The notes below the pieces were generated by a model. The model made no database searches and was not told the DNA's origin. It saw nothing but the letters and a program-made list of their open reading frames with translations. The position numbers and the translations under genes were made by a program. Of a stretch of DNA of 64,000 nt, positions 44,948-63,340 are shown piece by piece. Each line of letters opens with the position of its first letter. The stretch's first letter is position 1. Source of the stretch: the human T2T-CHM13v2.0 reference genome, Homo sapiens; assembly GCF_009914755.1 (NCBI RefSeq), contig NC_060944.1; one strand, 5' to 3'.

Positions 44948-46914
44948 GTCGCCCGCCGCGGCCGCCACAGCCCCCTCAGCCGGCTCGCTGTGCGCCCAGG
45001 CGCCTTAACCCTCCCTCTGGCGGCCGCAGGGACGCAGGCGCAGGCGCGACGCGCGAGGCCTTTCGGGAGCTGTAGTCCGGGTCCTGTCATGGCGGCGGGG
45101 ATTCGCGAGCCGCCTACTACAGTTCCCAGGAGGCCCCGGGGCGGGGTGTGTGTGAGCCGAGCTTGCGCACCGCTAGCTCCCAGGACGTCGGCGCAGGGGG
45201 CGTGACCCCCCCAAAGGGGTCCTGGGCCAAGGTGAACTTTAATTTTGTATGTATGCAGAAATGGAAAAATGATCCGTGGCCTCTAGTAAAGATCACCTCC
45301 TCAGTAAGACTCGCATGGCAATGGGATGGATGAAGGAACAGGGGATAACAGATTGGATGGAACCCACACCCTTCATGCAAGTTCTGCAAAAGAGAATCTG
45401 GTGTAGCCACCAAAGCATCACATGCTTGATACCGCCCACCAAAAAACGAGCAACAGCTGGCAATAAGAGCCATTTTTATCTCCAAGAGCAAGACGTCCCC
45501 AATATAAGTTCAGTTATTTTTAAATCTCCCCAAACTGTAACTTTCTGTTGGTCCTCTCTTCCTTGGTTATAAATGAGTTGCATATATGCAATATATGCAT
45601 AATCCACTCTTTTGTTGACTGAATTATATTCAATGGATGTGAGCCATTGAACTCTTATCCTTTACATAATACTGGCCATAGTGGATGGATCTCCAGGGAC
45701 AAAATGTTTGCCTGCCAGGAAGACTTCTAATCTCCTAGGAGAAGTATCCATAGATAGATGGGATCCTGTGCCAGAGACTTTCAGGCCTGTCCCAGAGGGA
45801 GTTATTTTTGAAGACAATGTCTAGACCATTCAAGCTTGGCAGTGCTAAGGCAGAGATGCTGAAACTAATAAGAAAATCACTGCCAAGTGAGATTTATGAC
45901 AGTTTCAAACTGTTAATAAATACACTCTGGGCACTGGCATGCAAAATTTTAGAAAATGAAGACTGTCTGTAGAGGGCAAGGCAAGAGGGGCCAAACTCCT
46001 AGAAAGAAAGTTGACTAAAGCACATGTCACAGAGTTCATACATTTCAGGACTCCGTAGAGATAGAAAGAAATCTCAGCTCTTCGTGCAGTTTATTTACGA
46101 TTACTACATGCATTATTCTAACTTTGAAAAGCTGAGCTGTGTGTTTTTGGAGAGAGAAGGAGGCGGGAAATTGGAGGTGACCGTAAATGCAGGGGAGACC
46201 AGAGAAAAACTGTAAAAAGTGAACATAAGCATTTGGAAAGCAGAGCAGTCTATGGGGGCTTAATGGAGTGAGGCTAAGTCAAAAGCTCCTAAGTAAATCA
46301 GTGTGTTGATTAAATCAGTTCCCTAACGTGGTTCGATGCAGAAGCTCTAATGGATATTTAAGAAATACTGATTCCTAGGCCACTGGGTTTTGGTATCAAG
46401 GTCTCTTGCAGCTGGGGTCTAGAAAATGCACATTTTGAAAAGAACTCTCCATCCCTATCCTAAAGCACACAGTTCTAGATTCTCATATCTGTAGTCAGTT
46501 GAAAAGGAGCTGGAACAGACTGCCTCCCCGAAGCTAGCACTTGCAATTAAGAGAGACATTTTTGGTGGTTTCTAGTAATTTCCTTCATTCTCTTCTTTGT
46601 CACAGGAAATTTGTGGGCACTCCCACCGTTCTGCCAGTCCACACCAAAGTGGGAGAAAACCTTCAAACCTTAATTACTGGGTAGAGCTAGTGTTTTATTC
46701 TCCCAAAGGCTGGGGGAGGAAAGGAGGCAGGGCAGAGAGATGAACCTCACAGAATAAGGCCTGACTAGAGAGACAGCTGAGGAATCCTTGAAACAAGAAG
46801 GAAAAGGAAAGGAGAAGCACCCCTGGTGTGGATCAGGAGAAGAATAGAAGTCATCTTGGAGAAGAGCCAAAGGACCCACTGCCCACACCTGCGCTGCCCA
46901 GGATGGAGCCACTC

Positions 46915-48300
46915 ACCACTGGTGGCTATTTACATTCAAGTTAAATAATATTAAATAAAATGTAAAGTTCCATTTCTTGGCTGTACTAGCCGTATTTCAA
47001 GTGCTCAATAGCCACACATAGCCAGTGGCTACTGAAAGAGTTATAAATATAGCATCCTGGTGGATTGACTAAGTTAGACACCTGGTGGATTGACTAAGTT
47101 AGATACTTGAGGGCGGTGGCTCACGCCTGTAATCCCAGCACTTTGGGAGGCCAAGGCAAGCGGATCACTTGAGGTGAGTAGTTCAAGACCAACCTGGCCA
47201 ACACAGTAAAACCCCATCTCTACCAAAAATACAAAATTTACAAAAAATACAAAAATTAGTTAGGTGTCGTGGTGCATGCCTGTAATCCCAGCTACTCAGG
47301 AGGCTGAGGCAGGAGAATCACTTGAACCTGAGAGGTGGAACAGAGGTTGCAGTGAGCCGAGATTGCACCATTACACTCCAGCCTGGGCGACAGAGTGAGT
47401 GAGACTCTGCTCAAAAAAAAAAAAAAAAGTTAGACACCCAAAAAACGACAGGTGCAAGAAGATTATTTTGACTTTTTCTTTTCTTTTTTGCATACAGAAT
47501 ACACACTGGACACTTTGACCTCTTGTTTCTTTCTTTCTTTTTTTTTTTTTTTTGAGACAGAGTTTCACTCTGTTGCCCAGGCCAGAGTGCAGTGGCTCAC
47601 TGCAAGTTCCGCCTCCCAGGTTCACGCCATTCTCCTGCCTCAGCCTCCCAAGTAGCTGGGACTACAGGCACCCACCACCACACCCGGCTAATTTTTTGGA
47701 TTTTTAGTAGAGACGGGGTTTCACTGTGTTAGCCAGCATGGTCTCGATCTCCTGACCTCGTGATCCACAAGCCTCGGCCTCCCAAAGTGCTGGGATTACA
47801 GGCGTGAGCCACCGCGCCTGGCCCCAACCTCTTGTTTATTTAAAGGCAAGAGATGAAATTCCCATATGAAAGATGTCCCTCTTATACTAGAACTAAAGCA
47901 ACATTCTTATCATCAAAGACAGGAAGTTGAGGCTAAGAGAATTCTGTACAAACCCTATTAAACTAACCCTTATCTTCTTAGTCACTTTTCTATCCAATTA
48001 ACTACCCTAGCCCAAGCCCCTCTGCCTCATCACATTTTCAGTTTACTATTCTTTGTCCAATTCAGTAAATAAGTAACACACTCTAACTGCCTCTTTGGGT
48101 TTTCATTTCCTTATGAGGCCTCCCATGCCATGTAAAACTTGTATCAAATACACCTGTGTGCTTTCCTGCTATTAACTTGTCTTATATAAGTTTAATTTTC
48201 AGACTCCACCAGGAGCCTGAGATGCCCCCCTACACTACTATATGGACTGCACAGACAGAGAACAATTTTATCATTCCACAAGTCCTAGTGGATGGCACTA
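46915..48300 (+). mobile_element. MER3-like DNA transposon split by an ERV1 (MER34/MER39-like) solo LTR (47033-48234), which itself contains two Alus (about 47108-47428 +, about 47535-47824 -)
   Basis: LTR TG...CA ends with 4-bp TSD CTAC (47029-47032, 48235-48238). MER3 halves flank it. Confidence 0.7.
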
Positions 48301-49649
48301 GCCTCTATGTGCTTTGCTTTTCAGAAGTTCTGGACACTTGTAAGAAAAGAAGAAAAAGGCTTCAGGGAGTTTCTGAGAAGGCAGAGCAGGAAAGGAGCGT
48401 AGCCTGAACAAGGCAGAGCCAACAGTACTGCTGGCTTTTCCCTGTGAGAAGATGGAGGTGGACACCTGGACACTCAGACTGAATCAGCACATACCCCGAA
48501 AGATGATCCATCAAGACAGGGCTGAAGCTACTTGAGAACCCCAATACTAAGAAAGCCAGAGTCAGAAAAGAACAGAATCGATATGGGGAAAGGGTGTAGC
48601 CATCTGTGTGTGTTCACAGAAGGGGAGAAAGCACCAGGCAAAGATCCAGTATGGAAAATTATGGGACATCACTGCTGCTTCACTGAAGCAAAGCAAGAAG
48701 GCTCACCCACATTAAAGGGGAGGGAAATGAGACGACATCTCCTGATGGGAGGGCCTCTGAGGATTTGCAGATGTTTTCACACCACGACAGCTAGGTTAGA
48801 GGGAGTCCGTGCTCACCCTGGTCCACTCTGGTTGCATTGACAAAGTTGGGAAGCTGGAGCCCCTACGCTGGCGTTGGGGGACAGCCTTCAGCTCACATGG
48901 CCCTGCATGGCATGGCCCAACGGTCCCTGCCCAGGTCTGCAGTGGCCTTCTCTGATGACATCTCAGCCTTCGTTCTGCCTGAAATGCTAAGCGTGGCTCA
49001 GAGTCATCGGACAAGGTCAAACCATCTAAAGCAGAGTGTTCAGCTTCAGAAGGCAGGGAAGGAAGAAGTCCATTTCAGGAGGCTCTTCACCCAAAATCGT
49101 TAAAGGAATGCATTAATGAAAATAAATCTTCCATCTGTGTGGATGAGGTTGTGCAATTCTAAGGACAGAATTTAATTGTTCTATTTACAGTGATTCTTTT
49201 CATTTTTCTCATAGACTAACAAAACCCAAGAACATTTGAATGGCACATTTCAGAGAAATAATTAAACAGCTTTTGTTAATCTCTAAAAAACTTTTTGAAA
49301 CAACATCAGTTTAAGTGTTTGTGTGTTATGTGTGTGGGGTGACATTTCACACCCTGTGAAAACTGTTACAAGTTTCCCCAAATGTAACTTTATTAATCTT
49401 ATTTAACCTTTCCTTAAAAAATTACTCTATAAAATTCAGACCAAAAAGTTAGAAAAGGTAAAATTAAATATACGCAAATATCTGTTACAGAAAACAAAAA
49501 ATGGTAAATTAAGTTAAAATAAATGCTTATGAGAAAATATATATTATTGTCATTAGTAAGTGCTCTTCTTCTTCTTCTTCTTTTTTTTTTTTTTTTTTTT
49601 TTTTTGAGACAGGGTGTCGCTCTGTTGCCCAGGCTAAAATGCACAATCA

Positions 49650-50554
49650 GGGGAGGAGCCAAGATGGCCGAATAGGAACAGCTCCGGTCTACAGCTCCCA
49701 GCGTGAGCGACGCAGAAGACGGGTGATTTCTGCATTTCCATCTGAGGTACCGGGTTCATCTCACTAGGGAGTGCCAGACAGTGGGCGCAGGCCAGTGTGT
49801 GTGCGCACCGTGCGCGAGCCGAAGCAGGGCGAGGCATTGCCTCACCTGGGAAGCACAAGGGGTCAGGGAGTTCCCTTTCCGAGTCAAAGAAAGGGGTGAC
49901 GGACGCACCTGGAAAATCGGGTCACTCCCACCCGAATATTGTGCTTTTCAGACCGGCTTAAGAAACGGCGCACCACGAGACTATATCCCACACCTGGCTC
50001 AGAGGGTCCTACGCCCACGGAATCTCGCTGATTGCTAGCACAGCAGTCTGAGATCAAACTGCAAGGCGGCAACGAGGCTGGGGGAGGGGCGCCCGCCATT
50101 GCCCAGGCTTGCTTAGGTAAACAAAGCAGCCGGGAAGCTTGAACTGGGTGGAGCCCACCACAGCTCAAGGAGGCCTGCCTGCCTCTGTAGGCTCCACCTC
50201 TGGGGGCAGGGCACAGACAAACAAAAAGACAGCAGTAACCTCTGCAGACTTAAGTGTCCCTGTCTGACAGCTTTGAAGAGAGCAGTGGTTCTCCCAGCAC
50301 GCAGCTGGAGATCTGAGAACGGGCAGACTGCCTCCTCAAGTGGGTCCCTGACCCCTGACCCCCGAGCAGCCTAACTGGGAGGCACCCCCCAGCAGGGGCA
50401 CACTGACACCTCACACGGCAGGGTATTCCAACAGACCTGCAGCTGAGGGTCCTGTCTGTTAGAAGGAAAACTAACAACCAGAAAGGACATCTACACCGAA
50501 AACCCATCTGTACATCACCATCATCAAAGACCAAAAGTAGATAAAACCACAAAG
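49650..50554 (+). promoter_or_regulatory. L1 5'UTR: internal sense promoter (YY1 site AAGATGGCC at 49661-49669) and antisense promoter
   Basis: Complete CpG-rich L1HS 5'UTR. The promoter activities are established for this family, not shown by the sequence itself. Confidence 0.85.
49884..50099 (-). CDS. L1 ORF0 (71 aa, antisense), intact
   Basis: MAGAPPPASLPPCSLISDCC...RFSRCVRHPFL* within ORF 49884..50168. Both internal splice donors present (exon ends at 49994 and 49909). Confidence 0.85.
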   Translation of the reverse strand: MAGAPPPASLPPCSLISDCCASNQRDSVGVGPSEPGVGYSLVVRRFLSRSEKHNIRVGVTRFSRCVRHPFL

Positions 50555-51571
50555 ATGGGGAAAAAACAGAACAGAAAAACTGGAAACTCTAAAACGCAGA
50601 GCGCCTCTCCTCCTCCAAAGGAACGCAGTTCCTCACCAGCAACAGAACAAAGCTGGATGGAGAATGATTTTGACGAGCTGAGAGAAGAAGGCGTCAGACG
50701 ATCAAATTACTCTGAGCTACGGGAGGACATTCAAACCAAAGGCAAAGAAGTTGAAAACTTTGAAAAAAATTTAGAAGAATGTATAACTAGAATAACCAAT
50801 ACAGAGAAGTGCTTAAAGGAGCTGATGGAGCTGAAAACCAAGGCTCGAGAACTACGTGAAGAATGCAGAAGCCTCAGGAGCCGATGCGATCAACTGGAAG
50901 AAAGGGTATCAGCAATGGAAGATGAAATGAATGAAATGAAGCGAGAAGGGAAGTTTAGAGAAAAAAGAATAAAAATAAATGAGCAAAGCCTCCAAGAAAT
51001 ATGGGACTATGTGAAAAGACCAAATCTACGTCTGATTGGTGTACCTGAAAGTGATGTGGAGAATGGAACCAAGTTGGAAAACACTCTGCAGGATATTATC
51101 CAGGAGAACTTCCCCAATCTAGCAAGGCAGGCCAACGTTCAGATTCAGGAAATACAGAGAACGCCACAAAGATACTCCTCGAGAAGAGCAACTCCAAGAC
51201 ACATAATTGTCAGATTCACCAAAGTTGAAATGAAGGAAAAAATGTTAAGGGCAGCCAGAGAGAAAGGTCGGGTTACCCTCAAAGGAAAGCCCATCAGACT
51301 AACAGCGGATCTCTCGGCAGAAACCCTACAAGCCAGAAGAGAGTGGGGGCCAATATTCAACATTCTTAAAGAAAAGAATTTTCAACCCAGAATTTCATAT
51401 CCAGCCAAACTAAGCTTCATAAGTGAAGGAGAAATAAAATACTTTATAGACAAGCAAATGCTGAGAGATTTTGTCACCACCAGGCCTGCCCTAAAAGAGC
51501 TCCTGAAGGAAGCGCTAAACATGGAAAGGAACAACCAGTACCAGCTGCTGCAAAATCATGCCAAAATGTAA
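50555..51571 (+). CDS. L1 ORF1p (338 aa RNA-binding chaperone), open
   Basis: ORF track. REKG, ARR and YPAKLS motifs retained. Confidence 0.96.
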   Translation: MGKKQNRKTGNSKTQSASPPPKERSSSPATEQSWMENDFDELREEGVRRSNYSELREDIQTKGKEVENFEKNLEECITRITNTEKCLKELMELKTKARELREECRSLRSRCDQLEERVSAMEDEMNEMKREGKFREKRIKINEQSLQEIWDYVKRPNLRLIGVPESDVENGTKLENTLQDIIQENFPNLARQANVQIQEIQRTPQRYSSRRATPRHIIVRFTKVEMKEKMLRAAREKGRVTLKGKPIRLTADLSAETLQARREWGPIFNILKEKNFQPRISYPAKLSFISEGEIKYFIDKQMLRDFVTTRPALKELLKEALNMERNNQYQLLQNHAKM

Positions 51572-51610
51572 AGACCATCGAGACTAGGAAGAAACTGCAT
51601 CAACTAATGA

Positions 51611-55462
<3,852 letters not shown>

Positions 55463-55684
55463 ACAATGAGATCACATGGACACAGGAAGGGGAATATCAC
55501 ACTCTGGGGACTGTGGTGGGGTCGGGGGAGGGGGGAGGGATAGCATTGGGAGATATACCTAATGCTAGATGACACATTAGTGGGTGCAGCGCACCAGCAT
55601 GGCACATGTATACATATGTAACTAACCTGCACAATGTGCACATGTACCCTAAAACTTAGAGTATAATAAAAAAAAAAAAAAAAA

Positions 55685-55740
55685 TGAGAAAAACCGAAAT
55701 CATGCACCAGTCGATAAGATGCAATAAAGAATACAGCATC
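55685..55740 (+). other. 56-bp non-L1 sequence between two poly(A) tracts inside the TSDs (3' transduction)
   Basis: L1 poly(A) ends at 55684. The insert has its own AATAAA at 55723-55728. Second poly(A) at 55741-55762, then the TSD. Confidence 0.85.
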
Positions 55741-56737
55741 AAAAAAAAAAAATAAAAAAAAATAAAATGCACAATCAAAGCTCACTGCAGCCTAAATCTC
55801 CCAGGCGTAAGTGGTCCTCCTACCTCAGCCTCCTGAGTAGCTGGGACTACAGGCATGTACCACCAAACCCAGTTGTTTTTTAATTTTTATTTTTAGTAGA
55901 GATGAGGTCTTGCTCTCTTGCCCAGGCTGGTCTCAAACTCCTGAGCTCAAGCAGTCTTTCCATCTCAGACTCCCAAAGTGCTGGGATTACAGGCATGAGC
56001 CACTGTGCCCGACCAAATATTCTTCTTTTTATTAGTTGATGTAAAAGTCTAAAAACAAGTTTTGAAATTAACTTGATGCCTTTATTTATGGCAAATGGGC
56101 ATAAGATCATTTTGACAATTTTTATTTATATTATATATTCTAGGACCTTTCTTATCTATGCTTAATGTAAGTTAAATGGTTGTGAGCCACAGACACAACT
56201 GCTTAAAGGGAAAAATGGTTTATTTCTCACATACTCTTTGAATTCCTTTCACATGATTATTTAATATTACATTAGGAGAAATTTTAGGGAAAAAAAGATG
56301 CTCATAATTCTACCTGCTCAATGAAACATTTTTAATTTTTTATACATATATAGTGCTATCTCATTTTTATCCATCAAACTTACACATGTGTAAGTATTAT
56401 TAGGAGTATGCTTGTAGTTTGTATTTTTTGTTTGTTTATGAAACATATATTTTCTCTGTTGCTATAAGTGTTTGTAATTGGTTGTTAATGGCCAATAGTT
56501 GAATAAATCAGATTTCACAAAACCTTTTTCCACGGTGGCATATTTGGTTTGCATCACATTTGGCTCTTATGGAAACATCTAAGACTGTCTTGGAAAGTGA
56601 AATAATTTCCCCATCACTAGATTACACCGTCCCAGGCTTATTTAGGGTGCGGTACTAGCATTTCTTCATTATCAGGTGGGAAGAACTGGGTCTTCGCAAA
56701 TCTACTCTTAACATGGTAGTAACTGTCTTTAAAAACA

Positions 56738-57820
<1,083 letters not shown>

Positions 57821-58007
57821 CACATTGGGACAGTATCTGGATAAAGAAATGAAATGAAGTCAGATCATAGAATATCCCTTTCCCAATCCCTAAAAGAAAT
57901 GGGCAAAAAGATAAAAACTAGCAGCTTTTCAAGAGAACTAAGACAGAGGGAAATCATCTGGTGCTGGCTAATTTCTATTTGCTCCCTAGCCCCACTGGCT
58001 AACCTTC

Positions 58008-58478
58008 TGTTATGGTTAATTTTACGTGTCAACTTGACTGGGCCACGGAATGCCCACTATCTGTTAAATGTTATTTCTGGATGGGTCTGTGAGGATGTTT
58101 CTGGAAAAGGTCAGCATTTGAATCAGTGGACTGAGTAAAGCAAATGGCCCCTCCAATGTGAGTGACACCATTCAATCCAATCCACTGAGTGCCCGAGTGG
58201 CAGATGGTTGAATTAGCTCTGCCTGGCTGTTTGGACTGTGACATCAATCTTCTCCTGCCCTCAGCGCTCCTGGTTATTAAGCCTTCAGACTCAGGTTGGA
58301 ATCCACACCCGTGGCTCTCCAGCTCTCAGGCCTTCCAACTATACCATTGGCTTTCCTTGGTTTCCAGCTTGCAAACAGCAGATGGTGGACTTCGAGGCCT
58401 CCATAATTGTACAAGCCAATCCTTTATAACAAATCTCTTCATATCTCTGTGTTTCTCTGGAGAACCCTGACTAAGGCA
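58008..58478 (+). mobile_element. MLT2-family solo LTR
   Basis: TGTTATGGTTAATTTTACGTGTCAACTTGACTGGGCCAC...TGTTTCTCTGGAGAACCCTGACTAA. Confidence 0.8.
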
Positions 58479-58854
58479 CTTTCTCCATGCTGCTCTCTGC
58501 TTCACAACACAGGCTGCTATGGACTCCATCCGTGGGGCTCTTGTGCCCTATAACTTCTGCTTGTATTTGACAACAAGATGCCTAGGAATGAGGTAGAGGA
58601 CAGAGGAGACTGACATCATGGTGTTTGTCCCCTGCTCTCTCCACAAAGTGGCCAGCTGGCACTCCAATTCTTTCTAGATGTTTGCCTCATCTTTCAGGCT
58701 TAGGCTAGGTGGCATGGCTGCTGCAGACACTTGCCCTGTGTCCCAGGGTTTCTGTGTCCCTGCACCATTGCACAGCGCCCCGTATAGAAACTGCCCTGAA
58801 CTCTCCTGTTGCAAGTGTGCCTGTGCTGACTGTGGAGACCCAGACTGACATGCT

Positions 58855-59300
58855 CCCCAACCCGTTGGATGAGGCCAGTATAACCTTGAAACCCAAACCA
58901 GGAAAGCACAATATGAGAAAAAACAATCACAGCCCAGTTTAACTCATGAAGATAGATACAAAAATTCTGAAGAAAACATTAGTAAACATACCACGCACAA
59001 AAATCTAGATGGATTATGGACGTAAATGGGAAATGCTAAACTTTAAGAATTTCAGAAAAAATATTTAAAAGTAGCTTTATGACCTTGATTTCCTAAATAA
59101 GACATAAAAAATGCAAACCACAAGAAAGAAAAATCAATACATTCTTTCCATTAAGATTAAGAATATTTTTTCATCAACATGCCATAAATAAAATGAAAAG
59201 ACAACCACAACCCAGAGGATGACATTTGCAAGAAGGATAAATAAATCCTACAAATCAATTGAAGACAACCAAACAGAAAAATGGGCAAAAGATTTGAACT
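58855..59300 (+). mobile_element. Old L1M ORF2 remnants
   Basis: EASITLKPKPG-like translation on an A-rich strand. Confidence 0.55.
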
Positions 59301-60590
59301 TGAAGACTTAATTACAGATTTCAACAGACTCTTGGCCCTCTTCCGCTTTTGCTGCTCATTGCTTCAGTGGGAAAAGCATCTGCTTACAGAAAACCAGACA
59401 GATCGCAGGAGAAGGTGGAAGCAGGAGTGTCGCAGCCTGCAGAATCCACCTGCTTTTTCTTTGCTTTCAAAATGGAACCTGATGACTATTTAAGAGCTGG
59501 TAAACAGATATTGTGTTGTGGAAAACGTCTGCAGAAAGGAGACCAAAGGCTGGATGAGGACGATGACCTCCCCACAAGCCCCTCCACTCTGGGCATCCTT
59601 GGCCTCTTGTGACACGCTCTCACTTTTTAAGCCTTGTGATTTCTCATGTTTCTGTGTCTGGAAAGAGAAAATGTACCCTGGGACCTTTGGAGCGATGCCA
59701 GCTTGGAGCCATCTGTAGCACCACCTTGTTTGCTGACTTTCTGTGCGCCTGCTGCTGGCCTGCTCCCCAGAATCAGAAGGCATTTCCAGCCAAGATCAGC
59801 CATGTTCTTCTGCTGCTGCCCTGGGGGCGAGGGCTCAGGGCTGCAGTGGGAGCTGCTGCTGGCAGCATGGACTGTGCTCCCCTACCCCTGCCCTGCAGCC
59901 ACAGTTGGGAGATTCCTCAAGCAGGCACAGACTGCTGACCATTCCTTCCTGGGCCATGTTCGGAGGGTGCCCAGCAGCAGGTGGGTCGCAAATAGATTTG
60001 CTTTCTGCCTGGGTTATCTCCAGGTCAGCAGCCAGCCTAGAACAGGATTATTTAGGGGACAAAGAAGAGCTTGTCAAATAGTGCTACATGCAAAAAAAAA
60101 AAAAAAAAAAATAGAGTGGAGAGAAGAAACCAACCGAGATCAGCCGTGTTGTTTACAGAGGATTATTTGTTTCCCCAGAATGATCAGAAAATTTCAGATA
60201 GCAGATGTCGGCTGATGAAGAGAGTGTCACAGTGTGACCCTTTCCCAGCACCAATGCCATATCTACTGGTGAAGGAGTGATGAAGAACTACAGCCAGGAA
60301 GCTCCCTGTCTGCAGGTTCCTCAGCCCACATAAGCAGAGCCTGCTGGGATAAAACACATCATCATGTTCTTGTTTATTTCCTGCTTCTCCTAGGAGCTGG
60401 ACTGATAAAGAAATCCTGAGCTTGGTCGTCAACAGACAGAACCAGGAAGTTGTGCAGCTCATAGGGGGCCTCTGTGGGACACACACCATCTCGCCCACAC
60501 AGCACCCAGCCACGGGTTGATCCAACAGGAATCCCACACTTGCCATCATGCCTGGTCCAGCAGTGGCCTGTTACCAGGTTCAGCTTATGA

Positions 60591-60937
<347 letters not shown>

Positions 60938-61294
60938 CAAATTGCACATATTTAAAGTGTACAATTTGATGAAATTTGTCATACGTATGCACCTGTGGAA
61001 TTATCACTACAATTCATACAACAGACATATCTATCACCTGAAGTTTTCTCATGCCCTTCTGCAATCCTTCTCTCCTATGCTCCTTATTCCACAGACATGA
61101 GCAGACCTCATATTTCCTGTTATTCCATGGTCTAACCAGAGCTCATATTTTTCCCTTCTTTTATTGGCAAGAACAGGGCTCCTATTTGTTATAGCCAGCA
61201 CTCCTAATTTACTCTTGTTCCACGGAAATACTCAGGCCCCTATTTTTCCATTGTTTCATGGCAGTAACCAGACAACAACTAAGCCCTCTATTTC

Positions 61295-61555
61295 CCTTTG
61301 TTCTGTCGCCCAGGCTGGAGTGCTTGGTGTGATCTCAGCTCACTGCAGCCTCGACCTCTCTTGGGCTCAGGTGATCCTCCCACCTCAGCCTCCAGAGTAG
61401 CTGGGACTACAGATGTGGGCCACCATGTCTGGCTAATTTTTGTATTTTCTGTGGAAACGGGGTTTCACCATGTTGCCCAGGCTGGTCTGGAACTCCTGGG
61501 CTGAAGCAATCCTCCTAGCCTCAGCCTCCCAGGTGTCAGCCACTATGCTCTGCCC
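61295..61555 (-). mobile_element. Alu (AluJ-like, partial)
   Basis: Reverse-complement Alu lacking a tail. Confidence 0.85.
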
Positions 61556-62469
61556 CTATTCCATGCTGTAACCAAGCTCCCTGTCTCCCTTTATACATGT
61601 ACCTTACCAGAATCATATTTTTTTCCTGATTCCATGTCCACAGAGTCAGAAATCAGCATTTTGCTGACACAAGCTAAGGAACGCCAGTGTGACCTGTTAG
61701 GCGCCTCACATCTCTTTCTGTGGCATAGTCAGGGTCTATGTTTTCCTTTTCTTCAATTAAAATTGCCAGTGACTCATTTTCCTCTTTATGGACACAACCA
61801 ACTCCCATATTTCTTAAGCAGATTTATTGTTTATGCTTTGAGCCCCACATCCATGGGGTTTCTAATATGGCCCACCCAATGTTATTTTTCCTCTCTATGG
61901 GCCTCAGCCTGATGGGGGTATCCCAGGTGTCTGGGGCATGCTGAGACGGCACAGGTCTGTGTGGCTTCCCGGATTACTCGGAATCCTTCATTATCTATTC
62001 TACAGCAAGTGGCCCTCGGCAGCTCAGGCTCAGGGAATTTCAAATGTATCACCTCCACCGGCTGGACAAGTCCTCTCAAGACAGGCTCTGGGGCCAAGGG
62101 AGGATGTTGTGACTGGTGCTAGCAACATTGTCATGATGGAAGGTGGCCTGGCTTCCGGGACATGACAGGCCATGGGTGAAGTGTGGGTTCAGAGTCACAG
62201 AAGAATCATGAAGAAGACATTCTTATGCACCTGACACCTGACTTGGGAGCAGGTTCTTTGCCTACATCCAGTTAGTCTCTACCACAATTCAAGTGGAGTC
62301 TTTCTCCCCATTCTCATATTACAGGTGAAGAAACCCAGCTTAGGGAGATGAGGTAACTCTCCCAGAGTCCCCAGCGAAGGACTTGAGCCAGGACAGTTGG
62401 ATCCTAAGTCTCCTGCTTCCCCTCCCTCAGCACGCTACTCCTCACAGAACAACGCTTTATTTAGTTTTG

Positions 62470-62710
62470 GACATTTTAACCTTTATTTTGGAATAATTTC
62501 AGACTTACACAAAGGCTGCAAAAATAGCATAAAGCATTCTCGTATACCCTTCATTCCACTTCCCCAAATGTTAACATATTATACAATCACAGTACAACGG
62601 TGAAAACTAGAATATCAACATTCACACAATACTATTAACTAATCTGCAGATTTTATTCACATTTCATCAACTATTCCACTAATGTTTTTTTCTGGTAGGA
62701 TTCCATTTAA
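62470..62710 (-). mobile_element. L1MC-like 3' fragment
   Basis: TTTATTTTGGAATAATTTCAGACTTACA...TTCCCCAAATGTTAACAT. Confidence 0.6.
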
Positions 62711-63072
<362 letters not shown>

Positions 63073-63340
63073 TGACACCTAATCTTCAGGGGTCTGCGGA
63101 TAATTTCTAAATGGGGCTCACAGTTTATTCCTCCCTCATAGGGAGGCTGCAATTACCTCACAAAGCTCCACTAGGGTCACAACAAGATAGCAAAAGCCAG
63201 TGCAGGGCCTGCAGGTATAGGGGGATCCTGCAAGCAGAAATCTGTGGTGGGCGGGCGGCAGGTGAGCAAGGAGAACGTGTCTGTAAAGGAAGCACAGGGA
63301 ACAGGTGGTGGCTTTGTAAGACAGTTGGAACCCAAGGAAG

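Larger units (their letters stand above)
43960..45210. promoter_or_regulatory. NAPB: CpG island / NAPB promoter, exon 1 and start of intron 1
   Basis: Very high GC and CpG density around exon 1. NRF1-like GCGCAGGCGC at 45038-45047, ACTACAnnTCCC motifs at 45065-45076 (-) and 45116-45128 (+), YY1-like CATGGCGGC at 45088-45096. Confidence 0.85.

Noticed and set aside
43915-45205. Many overlapping Pro/Arg/Gly-rich ORFs
   Set aside because: Expected from stop-poor GC-rich CpG-island sequence. Only the 98-nt exon 1 is supported.
59646-60215. 189-aa ORF upstream of CSTL1, considered as a possible cystatin pseudogene
   Set aside because: No cystatin motifs or recognisable domain, and it runs through a poly(A) tract (poly-Lys).
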